A DNA stretch of 62,738 nt, counting the filler, from Bonamia ostreae (Eukaryota), in assembly GCA_040357525.1 (NCBI GenBank). It is 12 parts of 12 records of this genome, joined end to end, with 100 filler letters (N's around TTAATTAATTAA, not from the genome) between each part and the next. Parts side by side here need not be neighbours in the genome. Positions count along the whole stretch, not along the records: positions 1 to 5,199 come from JBDODL010000219.1; positions 5,300 to 10,496 come from JBDODL010000220.1; positions 10,597 to 15,786 come from JBDODL010000221.1; 9 more parts are not named here. One strand, written 5' to 3'. Numbering within the stretch: position 1 is the first letter of the stretch; each line of letters starts with the position of its first letter. The translations under genes were made by a program, and so were the position numbers. This document shows positions 1-12,100 of the stretch, one piece after another. Below the pieces are notes generated by a model. That model was given only the letters and a program-made list of their open reading frames with translations. It made no database searches and was not told the origin of the DNA.

Positions 1-839
1 TTTTTTGATAGTCATTTTGAAAATCATTAAAAATTAGACAAAAACAGCGGCGGAAATGTAATAAGGCATTATAAAATTGGTGGAGATTATAAAATCGAAG
101 ATTCTTAGAATGCCTTCGATTTCTTGCTTGTTGTAGCTGAACCACGTCAGCAACCAAGACAGACTGAAAAATCCATTAATTTTGTTTTGGTGCAAATGCT
201 CGAACAGCATTCTGTCCTCCATTTTTATGATTTCGACACAAAAGCGCAGCACTGATTTTGTTTCTTCAAAAGAAGAATACAAAAAGTCTTTGTAATATCT
301 CTCTATGACGACAAGGGATATTCTGTAGCTAGCTTCCATTCCAGCAACATGGAAAAATATAGATACTAGTTCATGGAAGCCCTGTGTATAGCTAATGTCT
401 TTGTTCTCTTCGAAGATCGTTTGCAAAACAATGCCCAAATCTTTTCTGGCAAATTCACTGTTTCAAATCAATTTTAGTTGAACCGCATTTTTCTGTCCTC
501 AAACAGAAAATTGTCTCCGATAACAAAACTTCTCCGTACGTCGAGATTTATCTGGTTGACCCCGACTGTAAAATCGTTCTTGTTTCCCGAACTTTGCTCA
601 AAATAGTCTTTATTTAAAGGTGCCCTCGGGGACTCGTTTTTCAGCAAAAGTCGGGTCCACGCTGAAATCCTTGCTTCGTTGGAGCCAAATCCCCATTTTT
701 CGCCAAGATTTTTTAGAGAATTTGTTTCAGATGAGTTTTCTGATACAATTCTGAATACGCGTTGGCTGATGTCTGCTTCGCTTTCTTTGGTTTCTCGTCT
801 AAAGGCAATTTTTTTGATAAAGTCTATCAATTCAATCAT
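1..839 (-). CDS. TBC-domain Rab GAP, TBC1D20/Gyp8-like (3' end runs off window)
   Basis: ORFs 474-839 and 34-438 join via a 25-nt GT-AG intron (gttcaact...aaacag). TBC motifs QINLDVRRSF, YTQGFHELV, LSWLLTWF, RIFDFII. Confidence 0.8.
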
Positions 840-1116
840 TTCTAAATTAATTTAAGCTTTTCCTTATAAAATTTTCGTACTTCGACACATATAATATGGA
901 GTTCTATAAAGATGTTGCGCTTTACGAGGATTGAATTTTAGTCATATTTTAGTACAGCAAATCATATTTATCAACAACATTAAAATGCGAAGTCCAAGGC
1001 TCAAATTAGACTAATTAATTAGCCCATAAAAAATCCCATAAAAATCGCCAAGGTCATATGTAACAAAAAGTGCTCAAATTGTGGCGCTACAGATGCGTCT
1101 AAATAGCCAAAAATGT

Positions 1117-2336
1117 TTATTCCCAAAACGGAGAAATCTTTCCTTTGTTGATATTGTGCACAAAATCAATTTCCGCCTTTTGTTACGTCTATTTCAAATA
1201 AAACAATTCCCAGATTCCCAAACAGAGCCTTATTGTCCATATTTCTAGCAGATGCGCACAGGCCGCTTAAACAATAACACGTGTGGTTGAGGTCGCACAT
1301 TCTTTATAATGAAATCTAAAACATCCCCGGTTTGTCTCGAAACCCGCCATTTATTGTGCACTGGCAAGCGCCTAGAATATACTTTGCAGCTGCGTCTCCG
1401 TCGAAACACCCATTCTTGGTTTTGTCCTCTGGTTTTAGAGTGCTTTGAATCAAAATAGGGATCGCTCCGACCCAAAAAGAGTAACATCCGTCCACCAGTT
1501 TGTTCGTCCTTCCTTGAAACCCCCCTTCCACCGTCATTTGTCGTTTCACTGCCCAATCCAGCAATTTTTCTAGAGCAATCGAATTTTGCTTTTCGAGAAT
1601 TATAAGTGTAGCCAGCCCGCAAAAAGAGTAGCCGCCATGGGCCTCATCGCCTGGTTCTCCGGCAATTCCGCCTTCGTACGTTTGGCAACTTGAAATTCAC
1701 AAGTTATAAGATTAACCTGGCGACCCATTCGGCAACCCCGTCGGTTAGTTCTGGCGTGAGCAAGCCTAATAACGCGGCGGTCGAAATGACCGTGTACGTT
1801 CCCCGCACGTCACATTCGCCTCCGATGTTGACCGCAAACGAACCATTGTCTTTTTTGAGCCGAAAAAAGAAGTCGAGGATAGACTTTCTGTCGATTAGCT
1901 CAAGGGCTTCGGGCGTACCGATTATCATCAGAGAACGAACAGCGACATAAGTAGTTGCTGCGTGGGCGCTTAAACCGCTGCCGCCCGAAAAACCCCCCGA
2001 TTTCGCACACTTCAATTTCCTTAAAAGCTGCACGCATCTTTACAAAAATGGGGGAAAGGACCTTGTTTTAACCGAGTTGTGTAGAAAGTTGAGCGATTGG
2101 AGTATATCAAGCGAATGCAAGCACCAATAGACAAACCAAGGCTTGCTCGATTCAATAATGGCCATGTTTCCACTAATGCCGTTTTGGAGGATGTCCAATA
2201 TCTTGTTTATATGAGGCGTTTTTGTCAAAAAGAAATGGTTTCTTTTGGAAATTGCGTTTATGACCTCGTTTTCGATTTTTTTCTGTTGAACGATGGTTAT
2301 ATGTTCTTCGGAGATTGATCCAGATTTTTCGGACAT
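1117..2336 (-). CDS. FNTB: Protein farnesyltransferase beta subunit
   Basis: Motifs SKPWFVYWCLHSL, GECDVRGTY, CQTYEGG, EAHGGY, GFQGRTNKLVDGCYSFWVG, GGFRDKPG, HTCYCLSGL. Four GT-AG introns of 21-28 nt give a continuous frame ending IDFVHNI...PFWE*. Confidence 0.92.
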
Positions 2337-2803
2337 TACGGCAATATAGTAATTTTTAAACTACAAAACTTATAAATTTTTGAACTACAAAACAAGAAAC
2401 TTAATTTCAAAACAAAATGTTGTTATTAAAAATAAAATTGGAATCCTAACAGAAACGTTATTTTAGTGATTTGTGTATCAACGGTAATTTAACAGAATTG
2501 TTATTTTAAGGCATTCGTTAATTTTGAGGTGAATGGGGCAACCTTATGAAGGAAGACATATAAACTGCTGATACGCACAAAAATTAAATTTTCAAAAAAA
2601 TATTGATATAGATTATATTCAACGCAAAAGGCAATATATAAATCGAATTAAAAATAGTAGAAATGTCCTGTACTCGTCCATGATAGTCTTTTTAGGACTG
2701 CGTTTCGACTCACAATAAAAAACATTTAATTACTTATATCATAATCATATAATAAAAGCTAATTTTTAAACGATGTTAGGTTAGAATTAATGGATCATGT
2801 GAA

Positions 2804-2934
2804 GCTGTGTCTGCGTTCAATGAATCAACTGCTCAAAGGACAATTCCTTTTGGCACGTCAGGCACAGCATAAAAACGGAACTCCCAGCTAGAGCAACGCC
2901 GCTGCGTTGGCTCTCGTTTATAGTTCCTACATTA
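2804..2934 (+). ncRNA. Box H/ACA snoRNA, predicted guide for the LSU rRNA site equivalent to yeast 25S Psi2944 (snR37-like target)
   Basis: Hairpin 1 (GCTGTGTCTG/CAGGCACAGC), H box ATAAAA at 2869-2874, hairpin 2 (GGAACT/AGTTCC; AGAGC-AACGC/GCGTT-GCTCT), ACA at 2929-2931. Pocket strands CCCAGCT and CGTTT pair with rRNA GAACG-U-G-AGCUGGG, 14 nt from the ACA. Confidence 0.8.
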
Positions 2935-3161
2935 CAACCAATTTTCCCCTAATAAATTTGTACTATATTTTGTGCTTGAGATTGTCGTCTGAACATCTTT
3001 AAATATCTTAAAAAAATCTTCGTTTTTACAAAACCTAAATTTTTACAAAAGCCAAGATTTTCTCAAATATAGCAGAACTCCCTGTAATAAAATTAGAACA
3101 CAAAAGTGTGTTTTTAGCATACATTATATCGATTCTACCTAAATTATTCTACAATTGCTCA

Positions 3162-5199
3162 ATGATTACCCGTTCAACATCTCAAAAAACTAAAAGCGAG
3201 AAAAGGTTCTAATTGTCTAATGCCAAAGTCCTAAAAAGCTAACAGAAAATGAATCCGCACCGACAAAAGACAGCAAAGACAAATTGCAGCGATTAGAAAT
3301 CGAGAAGATCGATTTGCTCGAAAAATCGCAAAACCTGAAAACGCGTCTCGATGAACTGGCCTCCGAGAACCAAAGACTGAAAAGAGCGGAAAGTGATTTC
3401 GAGAATTACAAAACGTTGAACGGTTTAAATTTTATATCATGATTCGAACAGAGAAGCAAAAATCCGAGCACCCGACTCTCCTGCAGAAAATAGTAAAACT
3501 GGAAAAATCGAACGCAGATCTGAAAGAGTCTCTGCGCAAATCGACCGAATCGACCCAAAGACTCGAAAAGTTGACAGAAAAGACCAAAACCGCAAACGAA
3601 AAATTTGAAGCGGAAATGGATCAAAAGAACAAAGAGATTTTCGCGCTGAAACAACGAATTATCGACGGAAAAGAAGAAATCACAAATCTAAAGAACGAAA
3701 GCGACTCTTCCTTCGACAAGATAAAATTCTTAGAAACTACCATCGCCGACGCCGAAAAACGCCTCGAGAAGACGCTAAATGATCTCGAAGCCAAAGAGAC
3801 CGAGTTAACGACACAAAACTCGCTCCTGCTTTCCAAAACCAACACGACGTCCGTCGAACTAAACAGAACCAAAATCGAACTGGAAGAGGCTCTCCAGCGA
3901 AATTCAAGTCTCGCTCTGCGCAACGAAGAACTTGTTTCCAATTTGAATTTTTGTTGATTTTGATGTCTTCGCTTTTTCGGATTTTCGGATTTTTTTTGAC
4001 AATTTTTGACAATTCCAATTTTATAGAAAAAAGAAGCCGCGGCCGCTTCCGCCGACCACAAATCAAAGCTGACGCAAAAAACGCGCTCTTTGGAGCAGAC
4101 GACGATAAGCCTCGGAATGAAGAACCAACAGATCGAACTGTACAAAGAATCGGCGCGGGCGTACGAAGAGCACATCGAAGCGCTGAGAGGCGAAACGGTC
4201 TCAAAGGAACATGAAATCGCAAAGATCGCGGAACGGCTGGCGGAGAAGGAAAACGCGTTCAACGAATTGCAGAAGAAAATCGCTTCTTCCGAGTTCTCAC
4301 AGAACGGCGCAAAACGCGAATTCTCGTTCTCGCAGACAATCGGTGAAATCGCTTCGGTGCTCAACCCGGGCTACAGCCCGAGGAAAATTCTGCGGGTGGA
4401 GGCTTCTCCGAACTTGAGTCCGAACGAGCTCTACATAAAATTCGTCCGAGTCTACGACTCGTACAAAGCGGCCTTCAAAGAGAAACTGGCGCTGGAAGAC
4501 GGCTTGAAGCGGTTCTCCAGATACGTCGAGTCCAAGTCGCCGAACTTGCGGCGCCAACAGGTGAAGTACGAGATGCTCCGGAAGTCGTATGGCAACATGT
4601 CCAACCGTCTGGCGGCGGAAAAGCGCAAAGGCTTTTCTCGCGAAGTGGAGCTGAAAGCCGTTCGAAGCGAACTGGAGAAAGCTTTGGCGAAGAAGACGGC
4701 GTACAAGAAAAGCACCCGAATTCTCAAGCAACAAGTCCAGTTACTCGTCGCCGAACAAGTCCCGGAAGAGCAAAACACGAACGGTCAAGAAAACGCGAAA
4801 GATCTGGAAAGTCCGAAAAATAAAAAAATAAGCGAACATGTCTTTGTTGACTTCAGAGAACTGCACGGGAAATATCTGAAACTGCTCAAAAAACACAACG
4901 AACGGGCGCAAAGAGAGAAGTTCGAAAGGGCCGATTTGGAGAAAGAGAACGGGCGATTGGTGGAAGAGTTTGCGCGCGCGCGGGGATCGTGGGAGGAGTC
5001 GGAAAGACGGCACCGGCGAGACATGAAAGAACTTGTTGAAAAAATAAGCACGTCCAAAAAACTGTTCAGACGCGATTCGGAACGTTTTGTTGTTAAAAAC
5101 TGTACTAGAAAATTATTAAAAATTTGCAATTTTAGTCAATATTAAATCTCTCCCCATTCCCTTTAATCTTTTTTGGGCATTCCGACGCTTCGTTTTCGA
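3162..5199 (+). CDS. TPR: Nucleoporin TPR/Mlp1-like coiled-coil protein (3' truncated by contig end)
   Basis: Long coiled coil. VESKSPNLRRQQVKYE, ILKQQVQLLVAE and ISEHVFVDFRELH resemble TPR blocks VEAKAPILKRQREEYE, LSQQIRVLL and ISQHLVSYRNIEELQ. Introns of 23, 29 and ~94 nt. Confidence 0.7.
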
Positions 5200-5299
5200 N
5201 NNNNNNNNNNNNNNNNNNNNNNNNNNNNNNNNNNNNNNNNNNNTTAATTAATTAANNNNNNNNNNNNNNNNNNNNNNNNNNNNNNNNNNNNNNNNNNNN
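5200..5299. other. Artificial contig spacer (N-run + TTAATTAATTAA + N-run)
   Basis: The same 100-nt six-frame-stop linker recurs at ~10497, 15787, 21074, 26335, 31560, 36780, 41995, 47204, 52394 and 57571. Confidence 0.97.
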
Positions 5300-5309
5300 A
5301 GATATTAAA

Positions 5310-6330
5310 AATGAAATAGAATACTTAAATCCCAAAAAAGCTATAGGTATAGATAATATACATCAAAATATGTTAATTTTAGTAAAAAAATTTCCTCTGT
5401 TTATCTTATTAATTTATTTGAGAAAATTAAAAATATGGGTTACCAAAAAATCTAAAAACAGCTACTATAGTTCCAATACCAAAATTGAATAAGAACTGTT
5501 TACTGATAAATCAATTAAGACCAATTTCATTGCTAAGTGTTACTACTAAAATTTATGACAAAATAATTTAAATAAACTAAAATAATTCCAGATTGAAAAC
5601 AAAGTATTAAGTGATGTGCAACATGGATTCGTAAAAAATAAAAATACATATGAAATGATAATCTATTTAAAATATTTCCTTGATGAAAGATTTAGTTGAA
5701 AAATATAAAAATGAAAATGTAAAATAATGAGCATGAAATATGGCCTCCCACAAGGAAGTCCACTTTCACCAATTCTTTTAAATGTTTAAATCAATTGCGT
5801 TTTTGTCGAAAAATACGAAAGCGTTAAAATAAAAGCGTTTTCGGATGGTATATATATCTATAGTATTGATAAAAATACTAAAATATAAATATATCATTGA
5901 ATAACGCCTTGAAAAATTTCTCAAGAAAAATCAAAAGCAATGTTTATTTCGAATAAAAGTATACCTAAATATAAAATAAAATTGTACGTTAATGATATTT
6001 AATGTGTTACAAGTATAAAATACCTAGGTATCACGTTTGATAATAGGCTTAAATTTGATTGTCATTTAAATTTGACACTAAAAAAGCTCGAAAGAGACTT
6101 TACTTATTAAAATACTTGTCAAATAATATAAAAGGAGCAAAAAAACAATTTTAATAAACACATACAAATCGTTTGTAAGATCGATCATATACTATTAGTT
6201 TCCTATCTTTATATCTGTTACAAAATCAAGACAAAAAATTTATAATCATTCCAACATGTATGCTATGTTATCTATTATCGATAAATAAAAGATCATGTTA
6301 TTTGAGTTTATTGAATGCGATTAATCTACT
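5310..6330 (+). mobile_element. Decayed non-LTR (LINE) retrotransposon reverse transcriptase relic
   Basis: RT motifs in the correct order but broken by stops and frameshifts: KAIGIDNI, LRPISLLSV, QHGFVKNKNT, GLPQGSPLSPILLNV, AFSDG (YADD position), IKYLGITFDNRLKF. Confidence 0.85.
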
Positions 6331-6990
6331 AACATTAAAAAACAGGCAAACTTTTTGATAATTATAATAATAAATTTATTAATTTCAATGGTATTACAAA
6401 AAGCAAATCATTTTATAATAAATTTTCAATTTGGGCAAATTATATTAATTGGAAATCAAAATTAAATAATAATGAAAACAACAAAAACGTAAAAAATAAT
6501 CTTTTAGAAAATCAAATAAAAATTTTAATTGATATATAATTATATCAATTAAAAATATATAAAATTTTAATAAACTTATTCTATTGAATAAGGGAATCAA
6601 TTGATACATATAATAATAATTTTTAGTTGATTTTGAAAACGAACTCAATCTATCAAAAATCTATGATAAAATTTAAATATATAATATATTTTTAATTGAA
6701 TGAATGATCAGACAAAGCAAAGAATTAAATTTTACATGAGGCGTTAATTTACAACAACTCCACCTATAAAATGCAATGGCAAAATACATAAATTACAAGA
6801 TTGTGCAATAAAGGCCGTCAGAAATTGATTTTAAAATTATACATATTTTTGATTCAAAAAATAAATATAAGAAAATACAAATCTGCTTTTTAAATATACA
6901 AAAAGTTTGCAAATATGCAATAATTCAAAATTTTGAAACTAATAAAAATATACAAAAATAATAATCGAAACGAAAATTGCAATATACAGA

Positions 6991-7557
6991 ATGTCTGAAC
7001 CAGATTACAGAAAACCAAAAACTGTAATAAATACGAAAGGAGAGAAAACAGTCTATTCTGCCTACACAAATCGGCCCATAAAGACTTATCCAGGCGAAAC
7101 AGATGAAACTCGCAATAAGCGCCTACAGCGAAATTTCATCGCAGCCCGAAACAAACGCGTCTCCGAGAAAAACTTGATTAGGAGCCTCAAGGAAGATTTG
7201 CGCGAAATCGAAGATTACAACCAACGTCTCAGAGAAGGCTGCAAAATCCTCAGAAAATATATCAACGCGAGGAAATGTATTTACGGCAGTAACATGAGTT
7301 ACTTAAACAACAGAGTGGACTACAACAGCAACAAACTTGACTGTGTTTTCAAACCCGATTTGAGCAATTGGAGCAAAGCAGATGAAGAGAAGTTCAAACG
7401 AGAAGAAGCTTTCTACAAAGAAGAGAGAGAAGTTAATCGAGTAAAGTTACTGAATAATGACATAACCGAGTATAATTTTGGTGCAAATGAGGATCCTTGC
7501 CTCTTGACAGACGATTCCGAGGATTATCTGGATAAACAATTAAAAGAATTGTTTTGA
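6991..7557 (+). CDS. bZIP-domain transcription factor-like protein
   Basis: Basic region KRLQRNFIAARNKR (N-x7-R) followed by heptads IRSLKEDLREIEDYNQRL. Intronless 188-aa ORF. Confidence 0.65.
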   Translation: MSEPDYRKPKTVINTKGEKTVYSAYTNRPIKTYPGETDETRNKRLQRNFIAARNKRVSEKNLIRSLKEDLREIEDYNQRLREGCKILRKYINARKCIYGSNMSYLNNRVDYNSNKLDCVFKPDLSNWSKADEEKFKREEAFYKEEREVNRVKLLNNDITEYNFGANEDPCLLTDDSEDYLDKQLKELF

Positions 7558-7620
7558 GAAATAACGATTAAATACAACGGTTATAAATTCCAAACAGATT
7601 GGTTATTAAAAATAAAAACT

Positions 7621-8576
7621 TTATATATCATCGACTTCGCAACCTAAATTGATCTAAAATATTTATTAAAAACCAGAAATTGTTTAGTGCTTTTCGTAGT
7701 TTCTTCACCCATCACAGTTTCAGCAATACGAATCGCCTTTAATAAAATAATATTTAACCAGTTTTTTTCTGTTTATTAGCAATTTCTCACATTTTAAAAT
7801 TTTGTTCTTCAAATTTGCAATGTCCTTGGAAGACATTGTTTTTTTATTGTTTAAGTTTATCTCAGTCAAATTTTTTATCAGCTCTTTTTTGTTTCTAATT
7901 AGTTCGTTTGATTTTTTCAAAGCAACTTCAATTTCTAAATCTCTCATTTCGGATTTTAAAGTTTGTATTTCTGTTGATTATTAATTAAATAAAATATTGT
8001 TAAAACGGTTTTTGAGCTTTTCGATCGTTGATTTTAATGACGAAAGGCTGCGTTGGTTATCGTCTGCCTTCCGTATTATTTGAACAATATCTTCGTTTGT
8101 AATTTGTTCAAATTGCTTTTGAGGCAAATAAAATATTTTTGCTTTGTTAAAAGTCTTCATTTCCAATAATCCTTTTTTAGCCATTTCTTCGAGAAAAATT
8201 GGCATCTTTGAGTTTATAAATTAATTACTTTTGTCTTCGGCATCAATCCTTTATTTGCGTCTGCTGCATTTGTATGACTAAACGGCACATTGGTTTTCTC
8301 TGCGAACTCTAGAATCTTCTTTTCTGAGTCGATTTTAGATTTGTTCTGTTTTTTCGTTTTCGTTACTTTTTTAGCAGCCTTGTTTGTTGAAGGCTCAACT
8401 TTCGTCAAACTTGAATTTTTAGAATCTTTATTAAGCTGTTGCTTTAATTCTTTTAACTCTCGGTCTTTTTTAAAATCTTTTCGTTTTGATTTCGTTGTAG
8501 ACACTATTTTCGGGGAATCGGGGACAAAATCACTTCCGCTCGACTCATTTGTGTCGCTTATCTCCAAGATCTCCAT
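7621..8576 (-). CDS. HOP2: Homologous-pairing protein Hop2/TBPIP
   Basis: Winged helix ILEFAEKTNVPFS...LEEMAKKGLLEMKTFNKAKIFYLPQKQF (Hop2 YLQEQNRPYS...KIKEKMYGKQKIYFADQDQF), then coiled coil and C-terminus KQFL-INLGCEVDDI*. Four GT-AG introns (20-36 nt). Confidence 0.8.
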
Positions 8577-8589
8577 TATTCTCGACTTT

Positions 8590-10496
8590 ATGGATTTCCC
8601 TAAAAATGGCGACGAGTTTTCGCGTTTGAGTGAATTCGAAGAATTTATGATGAAAATGAAAATAATACCCTTACAAAATTGGGATAAAGAAATTTTATTT
8701 GATTCTCAAGAAATTCACTACAAAGATATGTTCGAATTCGCAAAATTGTCTATCTACTTTTTCGTTGTTTTCAACTGGCTAGGATTAGATTACAAATATG
8801 AATCAAAACTACATTTTCTTGAAAATCTTTTTAACGAAGAACTCAAGACAAAGTCCGATCAGGCTTTATCGATACAAGGAGAAAGATTTTTTAAAATGAC
8901 AAAATATCCATTTTTGCTTTATGTTTCAATAAGAAGTTTCCAATCGATTAGAAAATCGGACAAAATGTTATACAACATGGCGCAATGGTGGCTAGCTAGA
9001 TGCTACTGCATCCAACAACGTCTTCTGAGCCACAACTCAAGTGTCATCAGAGAGAGATTATACGCCATCTATAATTTTTTGGAAGAAAATCCTAGCTCCC
9101 TTTCTAAATCCGAAAAAATTGAATTTTATTTGGAACAATGTATGGCGAATCTAAACTTCAACGAAGAAAAAAGAGCGAAACAAAATTTTGAGAAAGCCAA
9201 GTCACTTCTGAATGCGAAGATTTCTATAAAAGGCGAACTCGGGAAAGCGACGAAACACCAAGAAAAATCGATCCCGCAACTAAAACTCGTTTTTGAAAGA
9301 AAAGACGTTTTGCGCAAAAATTCCACAAATTCCAAAAAAATCGCCGGAAAATCAAATACAATAAAAAACGTCCCTTTAGACGACAAAGACATTTTGGAGC
9401 AGATCGAATTTGACTCAGAGAAAGGCATTTTTGATTTGGACAAAATTGAATGTGATTTTGTGTTTTGCTTTTCTGAACTTCTAAAAGTTTTTCCGATTCT
9501 CTTTTCGAAATTTAAATTGCTCTGATATCACAGAACTGATTTGACAGATAAATTGCTTTGTACAAATTGCACCAAATCGGAAGATTACATTTTCTTAAAT
9601 TAAAAGAGCAGATCAAACGGAGAAGATTATGAACAAACACCATTTTTGAGCGTGAATCAAAGTTTATTGCAGAACGAAGATTGCCCAGAACATGTCAAAT
9701 TAGCTGCTTTAATGTCCCGGTCAAAAGCAGAATTAACGGATCCCAAAAAAATGGCGAGGGCGCTTTCTCAATTCGAAGTCATCGAAGCGTATTGGAACGA
9801 CGAATCGGTTTTGTTGGAAGACAGGAAAAAGGGGTTTTGGACGGGAATGTGGACAACCGGCTCTCGCTGGCAACGCAGCGAATCACTGGCGAAGGCTCAT
9901 CTTCGTCTCGGCTTCTACTGGAACGCTTTGACAGTTTTCGAGCGATTTGAGGATTGGAAACCGGTTGCGACTTGCTTGTTGCACGCAAACCGTCTAGCCG
10001 ATGTCGAAGAAGTAGCCAATAGAGAGATCAAGAGAGGGAACAAAGAGCACGAACTGCTTCTTTTCTTGGGCCACGCCACTGCGCAACCCCATTTTTACGA
10101 GCAATGTTGGGAAGCCTCTGAATTTCGGTGTTCGGAAGCCAAAAGATGTCTCGGACACATCGAATTCAAAAACGAAAATGTTTCATTGCAAACTTTTTGC
10201 CAAAACGAAAAATATTTTTTAAATTTTGCATCTTCGAAAATTAGTGGGAAAAGGCGATGGAGCATTATGAAGAAGCGCTGAAAATAAATTATTTGTTTTC
10301 TTTGGAATGGCGAAGACAATCTTTTTGCGCCGCAAAACTGAACTTGACCGACAAAGCGATCGATTATCTTACAAAGTGTGTGAACATTGATCCGGATGTT
10401 GTTTGCATTTACAATTATATTTAGGATGCGGAAGCGTGGAACGAGATCGGAGTGCTTTATTTGAAAAGCAAAAAAGCGTTTTAGTATTTTTGATAA
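8590..10496 (+). CDS. TTC27: TPR-repeat protein TTC27/Emw1 (3' truncated)
   Basis: WWLARCYCIQQRLL, GELGKATKHQEKSIPQL (TTC27 GALGKRTRFQ), ALTVFERFEDW, TPR repeats including DAEAWNEIG. The supplied ORF start at 8290 overlaps HOP2; the first ATG clear of HOP2 is 8590. Confidence 0.8.
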
Positions 10497-10596
10497 NNNN
10501 NNNNNNNNNNNNNNNNNNNNNNNNNNNNNNNNNNNNNNNNTTAATTAATTAANNNNNNNNNNNNNNNNNNNNNNNNNNNNNNNNNNNNNNNNNNNN

Positions 10597-12100
10597 TCAT
10601 ATAATGTTAAAAACCGTAATCGATCTCTCCAGTGTCTACAAAATATCTCAAATTCATTTTCTCGAAAACAGTTTCTCCGACCAATTGAAGTTGACCGAAA
10701 TACCCGACCAAAGCCATTGTTATATACAACAAATACACCATAACCATTCCTCCCGTTTGAACTATCCGCCATGATTTTAACGACTTGTTCAAAAGCGAGC
10801 AGTAGATCCCGAAAACGGCTTGTTGTATTATAAATGCTGACAGGAATATGCCAAGCACCGACAATTTGTCCATTGCGGTCGATTCGTACGGCGGTGCGTT
10901 GGCCAAGCTGTACTCCACAAATAGTTCTTGCGCATGTGCCTGGCCAACTGCTTCGACAAACGTCGACGGTATCGGTGCGTCGGCGGTTAGATTGGCTTTT
11001 ATCAATTTCTGGACGGAATCCGTGACATTTGGAAGAATCTTTAGCGCGTTTACGCGATTCAAAATTGCTTCAACGTCGACATTTTCGCAAGTGTCGTCAA
11101 GTGTTGGTTGCACAGATGCGTAAAGCGCCAAATAATTTTCTGCTTCGTAGACCGTAAAGCGCCCGGCGGCGGCTGGATTGTAGAAACTGCCGCTGTCCAA
11201 AGCCTTTTCGCAGATCCATTTTGCTCGTTCCGTGTCCAGTTTGCGTTCATTCGACAACATCTTTGCCGGGGACAAATTCTGCATCTTTTTGCGATTATAT
11301 TTTCCGCATCAATTTTTGCGCAACAATTTTGAACGTTTGTAAGTTTTGACGTTATTCGGGAAGAATAAAAACCAAGGTCAGATAAGTAAAAGATCTCGCA
11401 ATGACAATAAAAACGTACAACAAAACTAAAGCGCCGGAAAGCATTGAAGTGTACCCCAGAAACGTTATGTCCTTTTATTAAGTTGCAAAAACGCGAGGAA
11501 CGCAAAGCAAAAACACGGGCGCGATGATGGCGAGCAAAACGAGTTTGTCTTTGTCGAAGATTTTTCCGGAAAAATCTTCGATCAGCGATTTCGTCTGCAG
11601 TCTCAGCAAAATGACATAAATGGACATGGCAAAGACCATCATCATAACGATCAAAAAAGTGATGACGTATTGAGACCACGGCCCGATTGTCAGTCTTGCC
11701 AGCTCTGAATAAGACTTTGTATCGATTTTCTTCTTTTTCAGTTTCTGTGCTGTTTTGACCATCAAATCTGATGTGTAATAAATCATAGCACAGCAGAACA
11801 GTGAAGAGCAGACTGAGAAAGGTACCCCCGCTTTGTTCACTGCGTCCGGGAGGGTCACAATGCCAGCTTTGGATCAAAAATATGACCTCCGATTATCGAA
11901 TTGACGTAATTGGCCGTAGCATTGAATATATTTAAGATGTGTTTGCGAGTGCTCGGTCGATCATCAACGTCGTTTGTAGAGGCGCCAAATTTTTTGTCGA
12001 AGAGCACGCTGTTCTTTTTGTATCTCGAAGAGTTGTCAATGATGTCTTCGCCAGAAATTTTCTCCTTGAAAACGAGTGAGTTTTTTGATTCTTCAGACAT
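10597..12100 (-). CDS. Amino-acid transporter, AAAP/SLC38 family, paralog A (3' truncated)
   Basis: NYVNSIIG-AGIVTLP, SYSELA, LGYTS, AFIIQQ, ALVGY. Introns of 20, 21 and ~85 nt. Confidence 0.85.

Noticed and set aside
2535-2546. 12-mer GGGGCAACCTTA shared with 59445-59456 (minus), near both ncRNA candidates
   Set aside because: Spacing and orientation relative to the RNAs are inconsistent, and a single 12-mer pair in 60 kb can arise by chance.
5200-5299. Regularly spaced TTAATTAATTAA motif every ~5.2 kb
   Set aside because: Flanked by Ns, encodes stops in six frames and truncates genes mid-exon. It is an assembly concatenation linker, not a biological repeat, so apparent gene clustering (for example FNTB with IDI1) is not real linkage.
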